Source: Octopus sinensis
Lineage: Eukaryota
Assembly: GCF_006345805.1 (NCBI RefSeq)
Contig: NW_021835811.1
Location: 1-38,210, forward strand
Direction of reading: 5' to 3'
Length of the DNA stretch: 38,210 nt
Every line of letters starts with the position of its first letter. Position 1 is the stretch's first letter. Both the position numbers and the translations under genes were made by a program. The notes below the pieces were generated by a model, which did no database searches, had not been told where the DNA came from, and saw only the letters and a list, made by a program, of their open reading frames with translations. This document shows positions 1 through 9,907 of the stretch, one piece after another.

Positions 1-302
1 AGAGGGAGACAGAGAAAACCCTGGTCTGATAACATCAAGGACAGAACTGGTTAATTAGTTAGTTAATTTTTTGGCTCAAAAAGCTAAAAGCAAGGCCATG
101 TAGGGGACACGGAGTTATGTACAGGGTGGTGTTCATGTAAAGAGTTTAGGCCACTTGTGGTCAAGGGAGTGACAGCAATGCGATGCTGTTACACATTGAC
201 CGAGGACAGACACCAATGGCGACGGTTGATTGCAAAAGCGGCAAGCGTCGCGGCCCAGCGCCTGGCTGCATCAGTTAAAGGATCTTGATGATGATGGTGA
301 TG
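1..302 (+). mobile_element. 3' end of a decayed RTE-clade LINE, interrupted by about 120 bp of unrelated sequence
   Basis: 1-51 translates RGRQRKPWSDNIKDRTG and about 197-286 translates LTEDRHQWRRLIAKAASVAAQRL, both typical RTE ORF C-terminal motifs. A short (GAT)n tail follows. Confidence 0.7.
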
Positions 303-319
303 TATGCATGCATGTAAAT

Positions 320-324
320 ATATA

Positions 325-355
<31 letters not shown>

Positions 356-372
356 ATCTATCTATCTATCTA
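320..372. repeat. (TATC)n microsatellite
   Basis: Direct inspection. Confidence 0.95.
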
Positions 373-595
373 AGTTAAAGTTTGCTTTTATGTTCAGTCT
401 CGCGATGGTATAACTGGGTGAAACTTCGAAGTCACTATCAATAATATTCTTTTATATATATATATATATATATATACAGTAAAAGCAATTAAGATTCAAG
501 TAAGTTCTATTGAATTCACTTGAATGCGGTACTTAACTTAGATGCACCAGAAATCCTTATGGTATTAACCATAAAATAATGGGGGGTGATTATAA

Positions 596-800
596 ACAGG
601 AAAAAAGCAACAAGAATGGATTAGTTTTTCAGTACAATTGTTTCATACGAAGACCAGCTTTATTAAAAGCTGCAAATATTGCAGCAAATACAAGTGTCCC
701 GCTACTTGTATTTGCTGCAATATTTGCAGCTTTTAATAAAGCTGGTCTTCGTATGAAACAATTGTACTGAAAAATAATCCATCTTGTTGCTTTTTTCTGT
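596..800. repeat. Long near-perfect palindrome with about 100-bp arms and an 8-nt loop
   Basis: 625-695 is the exact reverse complement of 704-774. The outer arms pair with three 1-nt indels. Loop is GTCCCGCT. Confidence 0.95.
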
Positions 801-802
801 AT

Positions 803-872
<70 letters not shown>
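801..872. repeat. (TA)n microsatellite
   Basis: Direct inspection. Confidence 0.95.
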
Positions 873-876
<4 letters not shown>

Positions 877-885
877 CAAAATGTA

Positions 886-1083
886 ACGCGTGTGTACCGT
901 TGGCGATTTTAGCCTCCGTCTTCCCTTCGTTAGATCTTCCTTTTCTATGTTTCCGACGAAGAGCTCCGCTCGAAACGTTAAATCCTCCTTCTTACTTTCC
1001 TTTCCTGAGCGTCCAATAACACTATGCTTGTCCCACCTCCTCGCGTTGTTGTTTTCTCATTGTGTTTTCATGTTTGGATTAAC

Positions 1084-1084
<1 letters not shown>
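886..1084 (+). mobile_element. Short Penelope-pLTR-like element with a minimal hammerhead-like motif (family D1, copy 1)
   Basis: CCGACGA-A-GAGC(TCC)GCTC-GAAACGTT at 953-979. Homologous to 2077-2216 and 6155-6338. The 3' end GGATTAAC runs into (TA)n. Confidence 0.7.
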
Positions 1085-1139
<55 letters not shown>

Positions 1140-1158
1140 GTGTGTGTGGTGTGTGTGT

Positions 1159-1197
<39 letters not shown>

Positions 1198-1203
1198 TAT
1201 GTA
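1085..1203. repeat. (TA)n(TG)n compound microsatellite
   Basis: Direct inspection. Confidence 0.95.
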
Positions 1204-1399
1204 GATCATATGTATACATTTTCCAACATCTTGGTGATCGGTGAGAAAATAAAAAATGACATTTTCTTTAACAACAGTTCTTTGTAATGGAGAACTTAAT
1301 AAAAAAAAATAATACAGATAGATAATAGTGGGTGGGTGTGACTTTCTAAACGTATACAGCTGTGTTCAGATACACACACCCTGACACCCACACATACAT

Positions 1400-1562
1400 A
1401 TACATACATGTGCGCATGTGTGTATCTACCTATCTATCAATCTATCAGTCCACATACATACATACATTGATACATACACACATACATAGATACATACATA
1501 CATACATAGATACATACATACATAGATACATACATACATACATGCATACATACATACATACA

Positions 1563-1596
<34 letters not shown>

Positions 1597-1735
1597 CATA
1601 GATACATACATACATACATAGATACATACATACATAGATACATACATACATACATACATACATACATACATACATACATACATACATACATACATACATA
1701 CATACATACATACATACATACATACATACATACAT
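1400..1735. repeat. (TACA)n/(TAGA) tetranucleotide microsatellite
   Basis: Direct inspection; it accounts for the MYVC/HTYI ORFs. Confidence 0.95.
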
Positions 1736-1964
1736 AGTGACCCAAAAGCAAGTTTACAGTTATTTAACTATTTCTTTCGCATTAATATATTGACAGTTTT
1801 GATCTTAATTATTAAAAAATATGAAACCATTATTCTATGCTAATTTAGTAAATTTTGTCAAGCCCACTTTTCAGTTTGTAAGATAGAAATTTAAATGTAA
1901 TAAAATGTTTTAAAAGAAATTAAGGTGCCCACGTGATAACTGTAAGCTTACTTTTGGGCCACCC

Positions 1965-2047
<83 letters not shown>

Positions 2048-2076
2048 TATGTGACCTCGTGAGTACCTTTTCGGGA

Positions 2077-2216
2077 TTTTTCCTTCTCCTATGTTTCCGA
2101 CGAAGAGCTCCGCTCGAAACGTTAAACCCTCCTTCTTCCCTTCTTTCCTGAGCGTCCTATAATACTTTATTTGTTCCACGTCCTTGCGTTGTGTTTTTTT
2201 CTTGTTTGGATTAACT
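2077..2216 (+). mobile_element. Family D1 copy 2 (HHR-like pLTR element)
   Basis: GTTT-CCGACGA-A-GAGC(TCC)GCTC-GAAACGTT-AAAC at 2093-2127. Ends in GGATTAAC followed by (TA)n. Confidence 0.7.
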
Positions 2217-2308
2217 TTATATATATATATACTCTTTTTTTATACTCTTTTTCTTGTTTCAGTCATTTGACTGTGGCCATGCTATATATATATATATATA
2301 TATATATA

Positions 2309-2368
<60 letters not shown>

Positions 2369-2373
<5 letters not shown>

Positions 2374-3418
2374 GGGCTTAGTAAAATAAATTACTTTGCC
2401 ACATACTGAACTTAGTAGAAATAGCAGCCCCCAAAAATTTTTTTAGCCATTTCTACTACTTAAAGAAAATTTCTCTCAGATAATGTTTACTCCAGACAGC
2501 TCACGAAGGTTTGGAGGTAAATACAGAAAAATATCACAAGTACATAGATCGTTTGAGTACGTCAACGTTTCAAGATTAGCCAAATAAAATCAGCATTTCT
2601 TTCGTCAGCTCAAAATTTCTTAATTTGGATTTGGAAACACTAAAAAGAAGGAACTTTACCTATCGGCGAACTTGTCGCTTCAAATGAACCAGCTCCAACT
2701 GCCAGTGCCAACAAATTCAAAATGCGCAGGCGTAAATTTCTGCACTCCTTTTCCACCCACGTGGTCTATCTAGCAAACATTATATTTTAACCGCGAGAAC
2801 CGAGGCAGTATGACAGAGAGAAATGAATTATAATATCAACAATTGAGGGTAAAATTAATTAATCAATTTCACCAAGTGTTCAGTATGTAAAAGGACCATT
2901 TAAGGCGAATTCAAAATATTACATTATATAATTAGGGCTTAGTAAAATAAATTACTTTGCCACATACTGAACTTAGTAGAAATAGCAGCCCAAAAAAATT
3001 TTTTTAGCCATTTCTACTACTTAAAGAAAATTTCTCTCAGATAATGTTTACTCCAGACAGCTCACGAAGGCTTGGAGGTAAATACAGAAAAATATCACAA
3101 GTACATAGATCGTTTGAGTACGTCAACGTTTCAAGATTAGCCAAATAAAATCAGCATTTCTGTATTTTTCTATATTTACCTCCAAACCTTCGTGAGCTGT
3201 CTGGAGTAAACATTATCTGAGAGAAATTTTCTTTAAGTAGTAGAAATGGCTAAAAAAAATTTTTTTTGGCTGCTATTTCTACTAAGTTCAGTATGTGGCA
3301 AAGTAATTTATTTTACTAAGCCCTAATTATATAATGTAATATTTTGAATTCGCCTTAAATGGTCCTTTTACATACTGAACATTTGGTGAAATTGATTAAT
3401 TAATTTTACACTCAATTG

Positions 3419-3425
<7 letters not shown>
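2369..3425 (-). mobile_element. Penelope/retrozyme-like element: 561-bp unit in partial tandem plus an inverted 262-bp copy, flanked by (TA)n on both sides
   Basis: 2371-2600 repeats at 2932-3160 (period 561). 3163-3425 is the reverse complement of 2833-3094. Contains a hammerhead at 2552-2614. Confidence 0.75.
2552..2614 (-). ncRNA. Type I hammerhead ribozyme with canonical core
   Basis: Minus strand reads UUUGAG-CUGACGA-AAGA..GCUGA(UUUUAU)UUGGC..UCUU-GAAA-CG(UUGA)CG-UA-CUCAAA. Stem I is 6 bp; cleavage triplet GUA. Confidence 0.85.
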
Positions 3426-3463
<38 letters not shown>

Positions 3464-3723
3464 TCCGTTTTTCTGTCCTTGTTTCGTATACATTCGATGC
3501 TTTTTCCCAAGGAGTCTAATGTTCTTAGCTTAGTTTTTCCCTTGGGGCTGGCCAGATTGGAGCAATCTCAAGAATAATCAGCCGAAATTGCAAGGTTCTT
3601 GACTGAAGATAAAAGGCTTCGAATGACCCGTCCGTGATTTTTTGTATCGTCTATCTGGATGTTTTGTTGTCCCTTTTGGTATCACCTAGTTGTCCGGATG
3701 TTTTGCGTTCTTGTCCCATTTTG

Positions 3724-3765
<42 letters not shown>

Positions 3766-3886
3766 TTTAATTGTTATTCATGTATGATTGTATATTTAAC
3801 GCTCACACCTATAACACATAGGCATTTGAATTCATTTTTACAATTCAGCCGTCCTTTCACACGAAATTTCGTCTTTGTGTAAAGCC

Positions 3887-3974
3887 AAGACCATGAAGTG
3901 ACTTTATATATAATGGAACTGTTATTATTTATATCAGAAAAAAATTGTACAAGTCGAAACAATTTGTTGGCCTT
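3887..3974 (+). ncRNA. Decayed hammerhead ribozyme
   Basis: AAGACC-ATGAAGT (2 mismatches to CTGAAGA)-GACTT...AAGTC-GAAA-CAATTTG-TT-GGCCTT. Stems I, II and III are still recognisable. Confidence 0.5.
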
Positions 3975-4293
3975 TTATGGTTTTTATAATTATTTATGTT
4001 ATATAATATTATGTTATATCATGTACTATATTCATAGCTGTTAATGTAATATTGTGATATAAATAAATTATTGGATTGTCAATAGGATATCTCTATATTT
4101 AATTTATTTTTATATATGTATGTATGTATTTGTCAAAATGGCCACGAGTTACAAAAAGCAGACATTCAAATATTGGTTAAAAGACAGGGTATATCATAGG
4201 GTATAATATCATAAAAGACTACAAAGTATATCAAAGGCTTCTAACTGATTGCTGTGTCCCACCTGTGTTAGCAGTGCGATTCAGTGACTGTTT

Positions 4294-4355
4294 AAAGTTA
4301 TCTCTACGTCGTAACTGATGACTAATATCCATAGAAAATCTGTAGGGATAACTTT
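4294..4355 (+). ncRNA. Degenerate hammerhead-like hairpin
   Basis: A 14-bp stem AAAGTTATCTCTAC/GTAGGGATAACTTT encloses CTGATGA (4315-4321) and a GAAA. Stems II and III are incomplete. Confidence 0.35.
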
Positions 4356-4373
4356 GAAAACTTATGTGTATAT

Positions 4374-4533
4374 AGGAGTGGCTGTGTGGTAGGTAGTTTG
4401 TTTACGAACTACATGGTTCCGGGTTCAGTCCCACTGCGTGGCACCTTGAGCAGGTGTGTTCTACTATAGCCTCGGGCCGACCAAAGCCTTGTGAGTGGAT
4501 TTGGTAGACGGAAACTGAAAGAAGCCCGTCATG

Positions 4534-4593
<60 letters not shown>

Positions 4594-4826
4594 TGTGTGT
4601 GTGCGTGTGTGTGTATACGTTTGTGTGCCTGTGTTTTTCACCCAACATCGCTTGACAATTGATGCCGGTGTATTTACGTCACCGTAACTTAGCGGTTCGG
4701 CAGAAGAGACAGATAGAATAAGTACTAGGCTTACAAAGAATAAGTCCTGGGTTGATTTGCTCGACTAAAGGCGGTGCTCAAGCATGGCCACAGTCAAATG
4801 GCTGAAACAAGTAAAAGAGTAAAGAG

Positions 4827-4828
<2 letters not shown>
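4374..4828 (+). mobile_element. SINE family A (tRNA-derived head, CORE-like segment, internal TA/TG microsatellite, (AAGAGT)n tail)
   Basis: B-box-like GGTTCAGTCCC and CORE-like GCACCTTG(G/A)GCA(A/G)GT. Homologous to more than 10 other copies in the window. Confidence 0.9.
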
Positions 4829-4873
<45 letters not shown>

Positions 4874-5339
4874 TCCGAATTTGTGTGAATGTGTATAGCA
4901 TATTAGCTGAATAAAGTTAAAATATGGTCTGGTTTTCATGTCCTTTATGGTATTTTAACGTTAAAAAAATATTTTGCAATGTTCATAAAGTTCAATTAGC
5001 GCTTTCATACGATCGTAGTAATCATCAGATTTCAAAATGTATTTAACTGCCTTCCCTGTCTCGCCATATACATTAAAAAAGAATGAAAAACAGTTGTAAT
5101 AAATAAGCAGACAAAATCCTTTCGCTTTTATAATTAATATTCTCTAACCAAAACACTCAATACTCATCAATACACATGAAAAAGCAAGTAAGAATACACA
5201 ATTACAGCATTTAGATAAATAATAAAGAAAACAATGAGAAAACCACTAAAAAATATTCTCTACTGCCAAAATACGACCATATAGATTAAAAAAGTATGGA
5301 AGACCTTATATACAAAAAAAGCTAAGTACATACAACAAA

Positions 5340-5525
5340 TTAGAGAAAATCCTGTGTAAATCACCATTTTTCCCGGTTTGTCCATTTACGCGGGAGCTCT
5401 GGGCAAAATGTTATAGTGCACGACCATCCTTGGGTCATAAGTAACGTATGTGTAAAGTTTGGTGAAAATCGGTTGAGAATTGTGGAAACGTATTCGTTAG
5501 TCATATACACACATACTGTGATTTG
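5340..5525 (-). mobile_element. Possible Helitron/Helentron-derived non-autonomous fragment
   Basis: Minus strand has AACCGATTTTCACCAAACTTT next to a TA tract, a motif common in non-autonomous Helitron-type repeats. No clear CTRR end. Confidence 0.35.
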
Positions 5526-5557
5526 TATATATATTATGTATATGTACATATATATAT

Positions 5558-5629
<72 letters not shown>

Positions 5630-5631
5630 AT

Positions 5632-5855
5632 AAATATTAGGGAATAAATCCAAATTTACAGGGAAAAAATCAGATTTAGGATTAAATCGATTTTATAGTA
5701 AAATATTATAAAATATTATTCGAGACAAAACCACTATTTTGCAAAACAAACAAGGAAAGACTTAATCAATACATAAATTTTAATAAATAGTCAAAAAAAC
5801 CGCCACTACAATCGTTTCTTGTCTTGATCGACAATCTTCAGGTGGACTTCCAATA
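5632..5855 (-). mobile_element. Short pLTR-like element carrying a hammerhead; related pieces at 32751-32910
   Basis: Shares segments with 32751-32910, abuts (TA)n at 5530-5630, and has an HHR at 5803-5845. Confidence 0.65.
5803..5845 (-). ncRNA. Minimal type I hammerhead ribozyme with canonical core
   Basis: CCAC-CUGAAGA-UUGUC(GAUCAA)GACAA-GAAA-CGAUUG-UA-GUGG. Stem III is quasi-palindromic; cleavage triplet GUA. Confidence 0.8.
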
Positions 5856-5969
5856 ATTCAGTGTCAAATTGCCCTAGGTATGTAGCTTCTTTAAAAGAAA
5901 CACTCATTATCGCTATGGGCTCCGTGTGGGCAGTCATCTAAGAGTTTTTGTTCATCTTGATGCTGACAT

Positions 5970-6074
5970 AAGTTCCTTGTTTTTCCTGATGAGAAGGCGG
6001 CATAATGCACCCCTTATTCCTTCGAAATTAGGAATATGCAGCCTTCGAAACATATGTCGAAAATAAAGGAATTT
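5970..6074 (+). ncRNA. Type I hammerhead ribozyme with canonical core and extended stems
   Basis: UUUUC-CUGAUGA(5986-5992)-GAAGGC...GCCUUC-GAAA-CAUAUG-UC-GAAAA. Stem I continues after a 2x2 loop for 9 bp (AAGUUCCUU/AAGGAAUUU). GUC cleavage falls after 6058. Confidence 0.9.
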
Positions 6075-6111
6075 TGTTAATTCGTCGTTCAACTCCATTC
6101 TTTCATTTATT

Positions 6112-6154
<43 letters not shown>

Positions 6155-6159
<5 letters not shown>

Positions 6160-6338
6160 ATCCAAACATGAAAACACAACAACGCGAGGACGTGGAACAA
6201 GCATAGTGTTATTGGACGCTCAGGAAAGGAAAAAAAGAAGGAGGATTTAACGTTTCGAGCGGAGCTCTTCGTCAGAAACATAGGAAAGGTCGAAGGAAGG
6301 GAAGATGGAGAAAGAAAATCGCCATCGATACACACGCG
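6155..6338 (-). mobile_element. Family D1 copy 3 (HHR-like pLTR element with intact CUGACGA)
   Basis: Minus strand GUUU-CUGACGA-A-GAGC(UCC)GCUC-GAAACGUU-AAAU at about 6245-6279. The 3' end joins (TA)n at 6113-6155. Confidence 0.75.
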
Positions 6339-7034
6339 GTATGGCGGCATTTTGTACAGTTCCCGTCTACCAGACTACAGGTTATATGTACCAACTCGAA
6401 AATTCGAGTAGACGGCCGTTGCCAGTTGCCGTGCATTGAGAACGAACCCGGAACTTCGTAGTGACGATGTAAATTTCTTTATTAGACAACCTGCGCTTAT
6501 GTGTGGCTTCCTACATCTTTGTAGACAAATACAATCTTTATTCATGCACACACACGGGTTTACTTGAGAATATGTATATGTGTATGTGTGTGGTGGTCCT
6601 TGTATGTGTGTGTTTATTTGTTTGTGTGTATGTGTGTGCATGTGCGCGCCCGCATTTAAATATATTTTTCAATGTATAAATTTCAGTGTTTTTAAAGGTT
6701 AAAAAGTCTGGAATGCTTCGTCCTTAAAACGCCATTTATAACATTTTAGAACTGAACTTTGTAATCGGTCGCCATTTGCCCGCCAGAACAGGCATCGCGT
6801 TTGTTCTTTTACTGCAGGAATTTCTCAAAAGTCGAAATAAGCATTTCATTTAAATTTATTTCCATTTTGGGGAACTGCTTCTCTTGTGCTTTGTCTTTTT
6901 TTTCTAATTGGGGAAGGAAAGGGAAGGGTGGGGAAGGCATAGACAAATAAACTTCATTTTTGCTCCTCCACCAATTCCATCGCAAACCCATGGCATTTAT
7001 TCGTATGGCACTCTTCTTCCTCTTTCAGAACTGT

Positions 7035-7079
7035 TACATTACATTGAGGTATACACACACACACAAACACACACACACA

Positions 7080-7113
<34 letters not shown>

Positions 7114-7160
7114 AACACACACACACAAACACACACACACAAACACAAACACACACGCGC
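7035..7160. repeat. (CA)n-type microsatellite
   Basis: Direct inspection. Confidence 0.9.
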
Positions 7161-7265
7161 GCACGTGCACATACACAATCTGAAGAATACACATACATAC
7201 AAACGTATACCCAAACACACAGACATACACATATTTAGTCACGAATCTACGTACATACATATATC

Positions 7266-7678
7266 TATTTCTTTACTACCCACAAGGGGCTAAACAGAGA
7301 GGACAAACAAGGACAGACAAACTGATTAAGTCGATCACATCGTCCCCAGTGCATAACTGGTACTTAATTTATCGACCCCGAAAGGATGAAAGGCAAAGTC
7401 AACCTCGGCGGAATTTGAACTCAGAACGTAACGGCAGACGAAATACCTATTTCTCTACTACCCACAAGGGGCTAAACATAGAAGGGACAAACAAGGACAG
7501 ACAAACGGATTAAGTCGATTACATCGACCCCAGTGCGTAACTGGTACTTAATTTATCGACCCCGAAAGGATGAAAGGTAAAGTCGAGATCGGCGGAATTT
7601 GAACTCACAACGTAACGGCAGACGAAATACCGCTAAGCATTTCGCCCGACGTGCTAACGTTTCTACCAGTACTCCGCC
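7266..7678 (-). mobile_element. SINE family C dimer (full unit plus one headless unit)
   Basis: tRNA-like head with B-box GAGTTCAAATTCC and central GTCGACTTTGCCTTTCATCCTTTCGGGGTCGAT. Junction at 7447/7448. Confidence 0.9.
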
Positions 7679-7706
7679 TTTTTTCTTAAAAGAGAGAGAA
7701 AATATA

Positions 7707-7937
7707 TATTTCTTTACTACCCACAAGGGGCTAAACACAGAGAGGACAAACAAGCACAGACAAACGGATTAAGTTGATCACATCGTCCCCAGTGCATAAC
7801 TGGTACTTAATTTATCGACCCCGAAAGGAAGAAAGGCAAAGTCGACCTCGGCGGAATTTGAACTCAGAACGTAACGGCAGACGAAATACCACTAAGCATT
7901 TCGTCCGGCGTGCTAACGATTCTGCCAGCTCGCCGCC
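7707..7937 (-). mobile_element. SINE family C monomer
   Basis: Full head GGCGGCGAGCTGGCAGAA through tail GTAAAGAAATA. Confidence 0.9.
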
Positions 7938-8120
7938 TAAGTACGAACCTATATCATATTGTTGTACTTTTTTCTGCTTTCATTAATTGAACTGCCGCCA
8001 TACTGGGGTCCTTCCCTAAAAGTTTCCACTATTGAATCGAATCTGGTACTTACTTTATCATTTTCTACATGTCTAACCGCTGGATTAAAGGACATAAATG
8101 TTTGCAAACATAAACTATAA

Positions 8121-8722
8121 GGCGGCGAGCTGGCAGACACGTTAGCGCGCCGAGCGGAATGCTTAGTGGTATTTCGTCTGTCGTTACGTTCTGAGTTCAA
8201 ATTCCGCCGAGGTCGACTTTGCCTTTCATCATTTCGGGGTCGATAAATAAAAGTGCCAGTTTCGCACTGGGGTCGATGTAATCGACTTAATCCCTTTGTC
8301 TGTCCTTGTTTGTCCCCTCTGTGTTTAGCCCCTTGTGGGTAATAAAGAAATAGGTATTTCGTCTGTCGTTACGTTCTGAGTTCAAATTCCGCCGAGGTCG
8401 ACTTTGCCTTTCATCATTTCGGGGTCGATAAATAAAAGTGCCAGTTTCGCACTGGGATCGATGTAATCGACTTAATCCCTTTGTCTGTCCTTGTTTGTCC
8501 CCTCTGTGTTTAGCCCCTTGTGGGTAATAAAGAAATAGGTATTTCGTCTGTCGTTACGTTCTGAGTTCAAATTCCGCCGAGGTCGACTTTGCCTTTCATC
8601 CTTTCGGGATCGATAAATAAAAGTGCCAGTTTCGCACTGGGGTCGATGTAATCGACTTAATCCGTTTGTCTGTCCTTGTTTGTCCTCTCCGTGTTTAGCC
8701 CCTTGTGGGCAGTAAAGAAATA
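8121..8722 (+). mobile_element. SINE family C trimer (head plus units of period 185 bp)
   Basis: Units restart at 8353 and 8538 with GGTATTTCGTCTG directly after AAAGAAATA. Confidence 0.92.
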
Positions 8723-9010
8723 TATATCGGTTTTTAAACACGTACACAAGCACATACACACACGTACACCTACAGCCATACACACCCTTTCGGATATTGG
8801 TTTTGTTTAAAGGTTTTTCTCGACCCTATGTCTTTTTGTTATACACCTGCGCATACACACATTAATAACACTTTCCACATGGATTATTTCATCCTATGAG
8901 CTTCACTGCTACCTTTATTCTCTCCCAACAGGCTCTCACCTCGCATACACACTATCACATCTTCACTTAATTACACACACAAACATCATCGCAAACGAAC
9001 GCCACTATAT

Positions 9011-9630
9011 CTCTTTTACTCTTTTACTCTTTTACTCTTTTACTCTTTTACTTGTTTCAGTCATTTTACTGCGGCCATGCTGGAGCACCGCCTTTAGTCG
9101 AGCAACTCGACCCCGGGACTTATTCTTTGTAAGCCCAGTATTTATTCTATCGGTCTCTTTTGCCGAACCGCTAAGTGACGGGGACGTAAACACACCAGCA
9201 TCGGTTGTCAAGCAATGCTAGGGGGACAAACACAGACACACAAACACACACACACACATACATATATCTCTCTTTTTCTCTTTTTTCTCTTTTTTCTCTT
9301 TCTTGTTTTAGTCATTTGACTGCGGCCATGCTGGAGCACCACCTTTATTCGCGCAAATCGACCCCGGGACTTATTCTTTGTAAGCCCAGTACTTATTCTA
9401 TCGGTCTATTTTACCGAACCGCTAAGTGACGGGGACGTAAACACACCGGCATCGGTTGTCAAGCAATGCTAGGGGGACAAACACAGACACACAAACACAT
9501 ACATATATATATACGACAGGCTTCTTTCAGTTTCCATCTACCAAATCCACTCACAAGGCATTGGTCGGCCCAAGGCTAGAGTAGAAGACACTTGACCAAG
9601 GTGCCACGCAGTGGGACTGAACCCGGAACG
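9011..9630 (-). mobile_element. SINE family A with duplicated 3' half; head truncated where SINE B begins
   Basis: Two 3' halves (about 9011-9265 and 9266-9500) plus a partial head ending at 9630. Confidence 0.85.
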
Positions 9631-9903
9631 TGCACCCTTAACGTAGTTCTCGGGGATATTCAGCGTGACACAGAGAGTGACAAGGCCGGCCCCTTGAAAT
9701 ACAGGTACAACAGAAACAGGAAGTAAGAGTGAGAGAAAGTTGTGGTGAAAGAGTACAGCAGGGATCATCACCATCCCTGCCGGAGCCTCGTGGAGCTTTA
9801 TGTGTTTTCGCTCAATAAACACTCACAACGCCCGGTCTGGGAATCGAAACCGCGACCCTACGACCGCGAGTCCGCTGCCCTAACCACTGGGCCATTGCGC
9901 CTC
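9631..9903 (-). mobile_element. SINE family B
   Basis: Reverse complement of 18165-18440, with head GAGGCGCAATGGCCCAGTGGTTAGGGCAGCGG and B-box GGTTTCGATTCC. Confidence 0.9.
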
Positions 9904-9907
9904 CACA

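Noticed and set aside
3595-3635. CTGAAGA...CGAAT in the TA-flanked 3461-3725 segment
   Set aside because: Stem II does not pair and GAAA is absent. The segment may be a repeat, but it is single-copy here and unclassifiable.
6720-6800. YY1-like CGCCATTT motifs as a promoter
   Set aside because: The reverse-strand ATGs lead to stops within 3-9 codons, and short motifs alone are insufficient evidence.
8121-8722. CRISPR-like array (regular repeats)
   Set aside because: These are contiguous 185-bp SINE units with no unique spacers, in a eukaryotic context with no cas genes.
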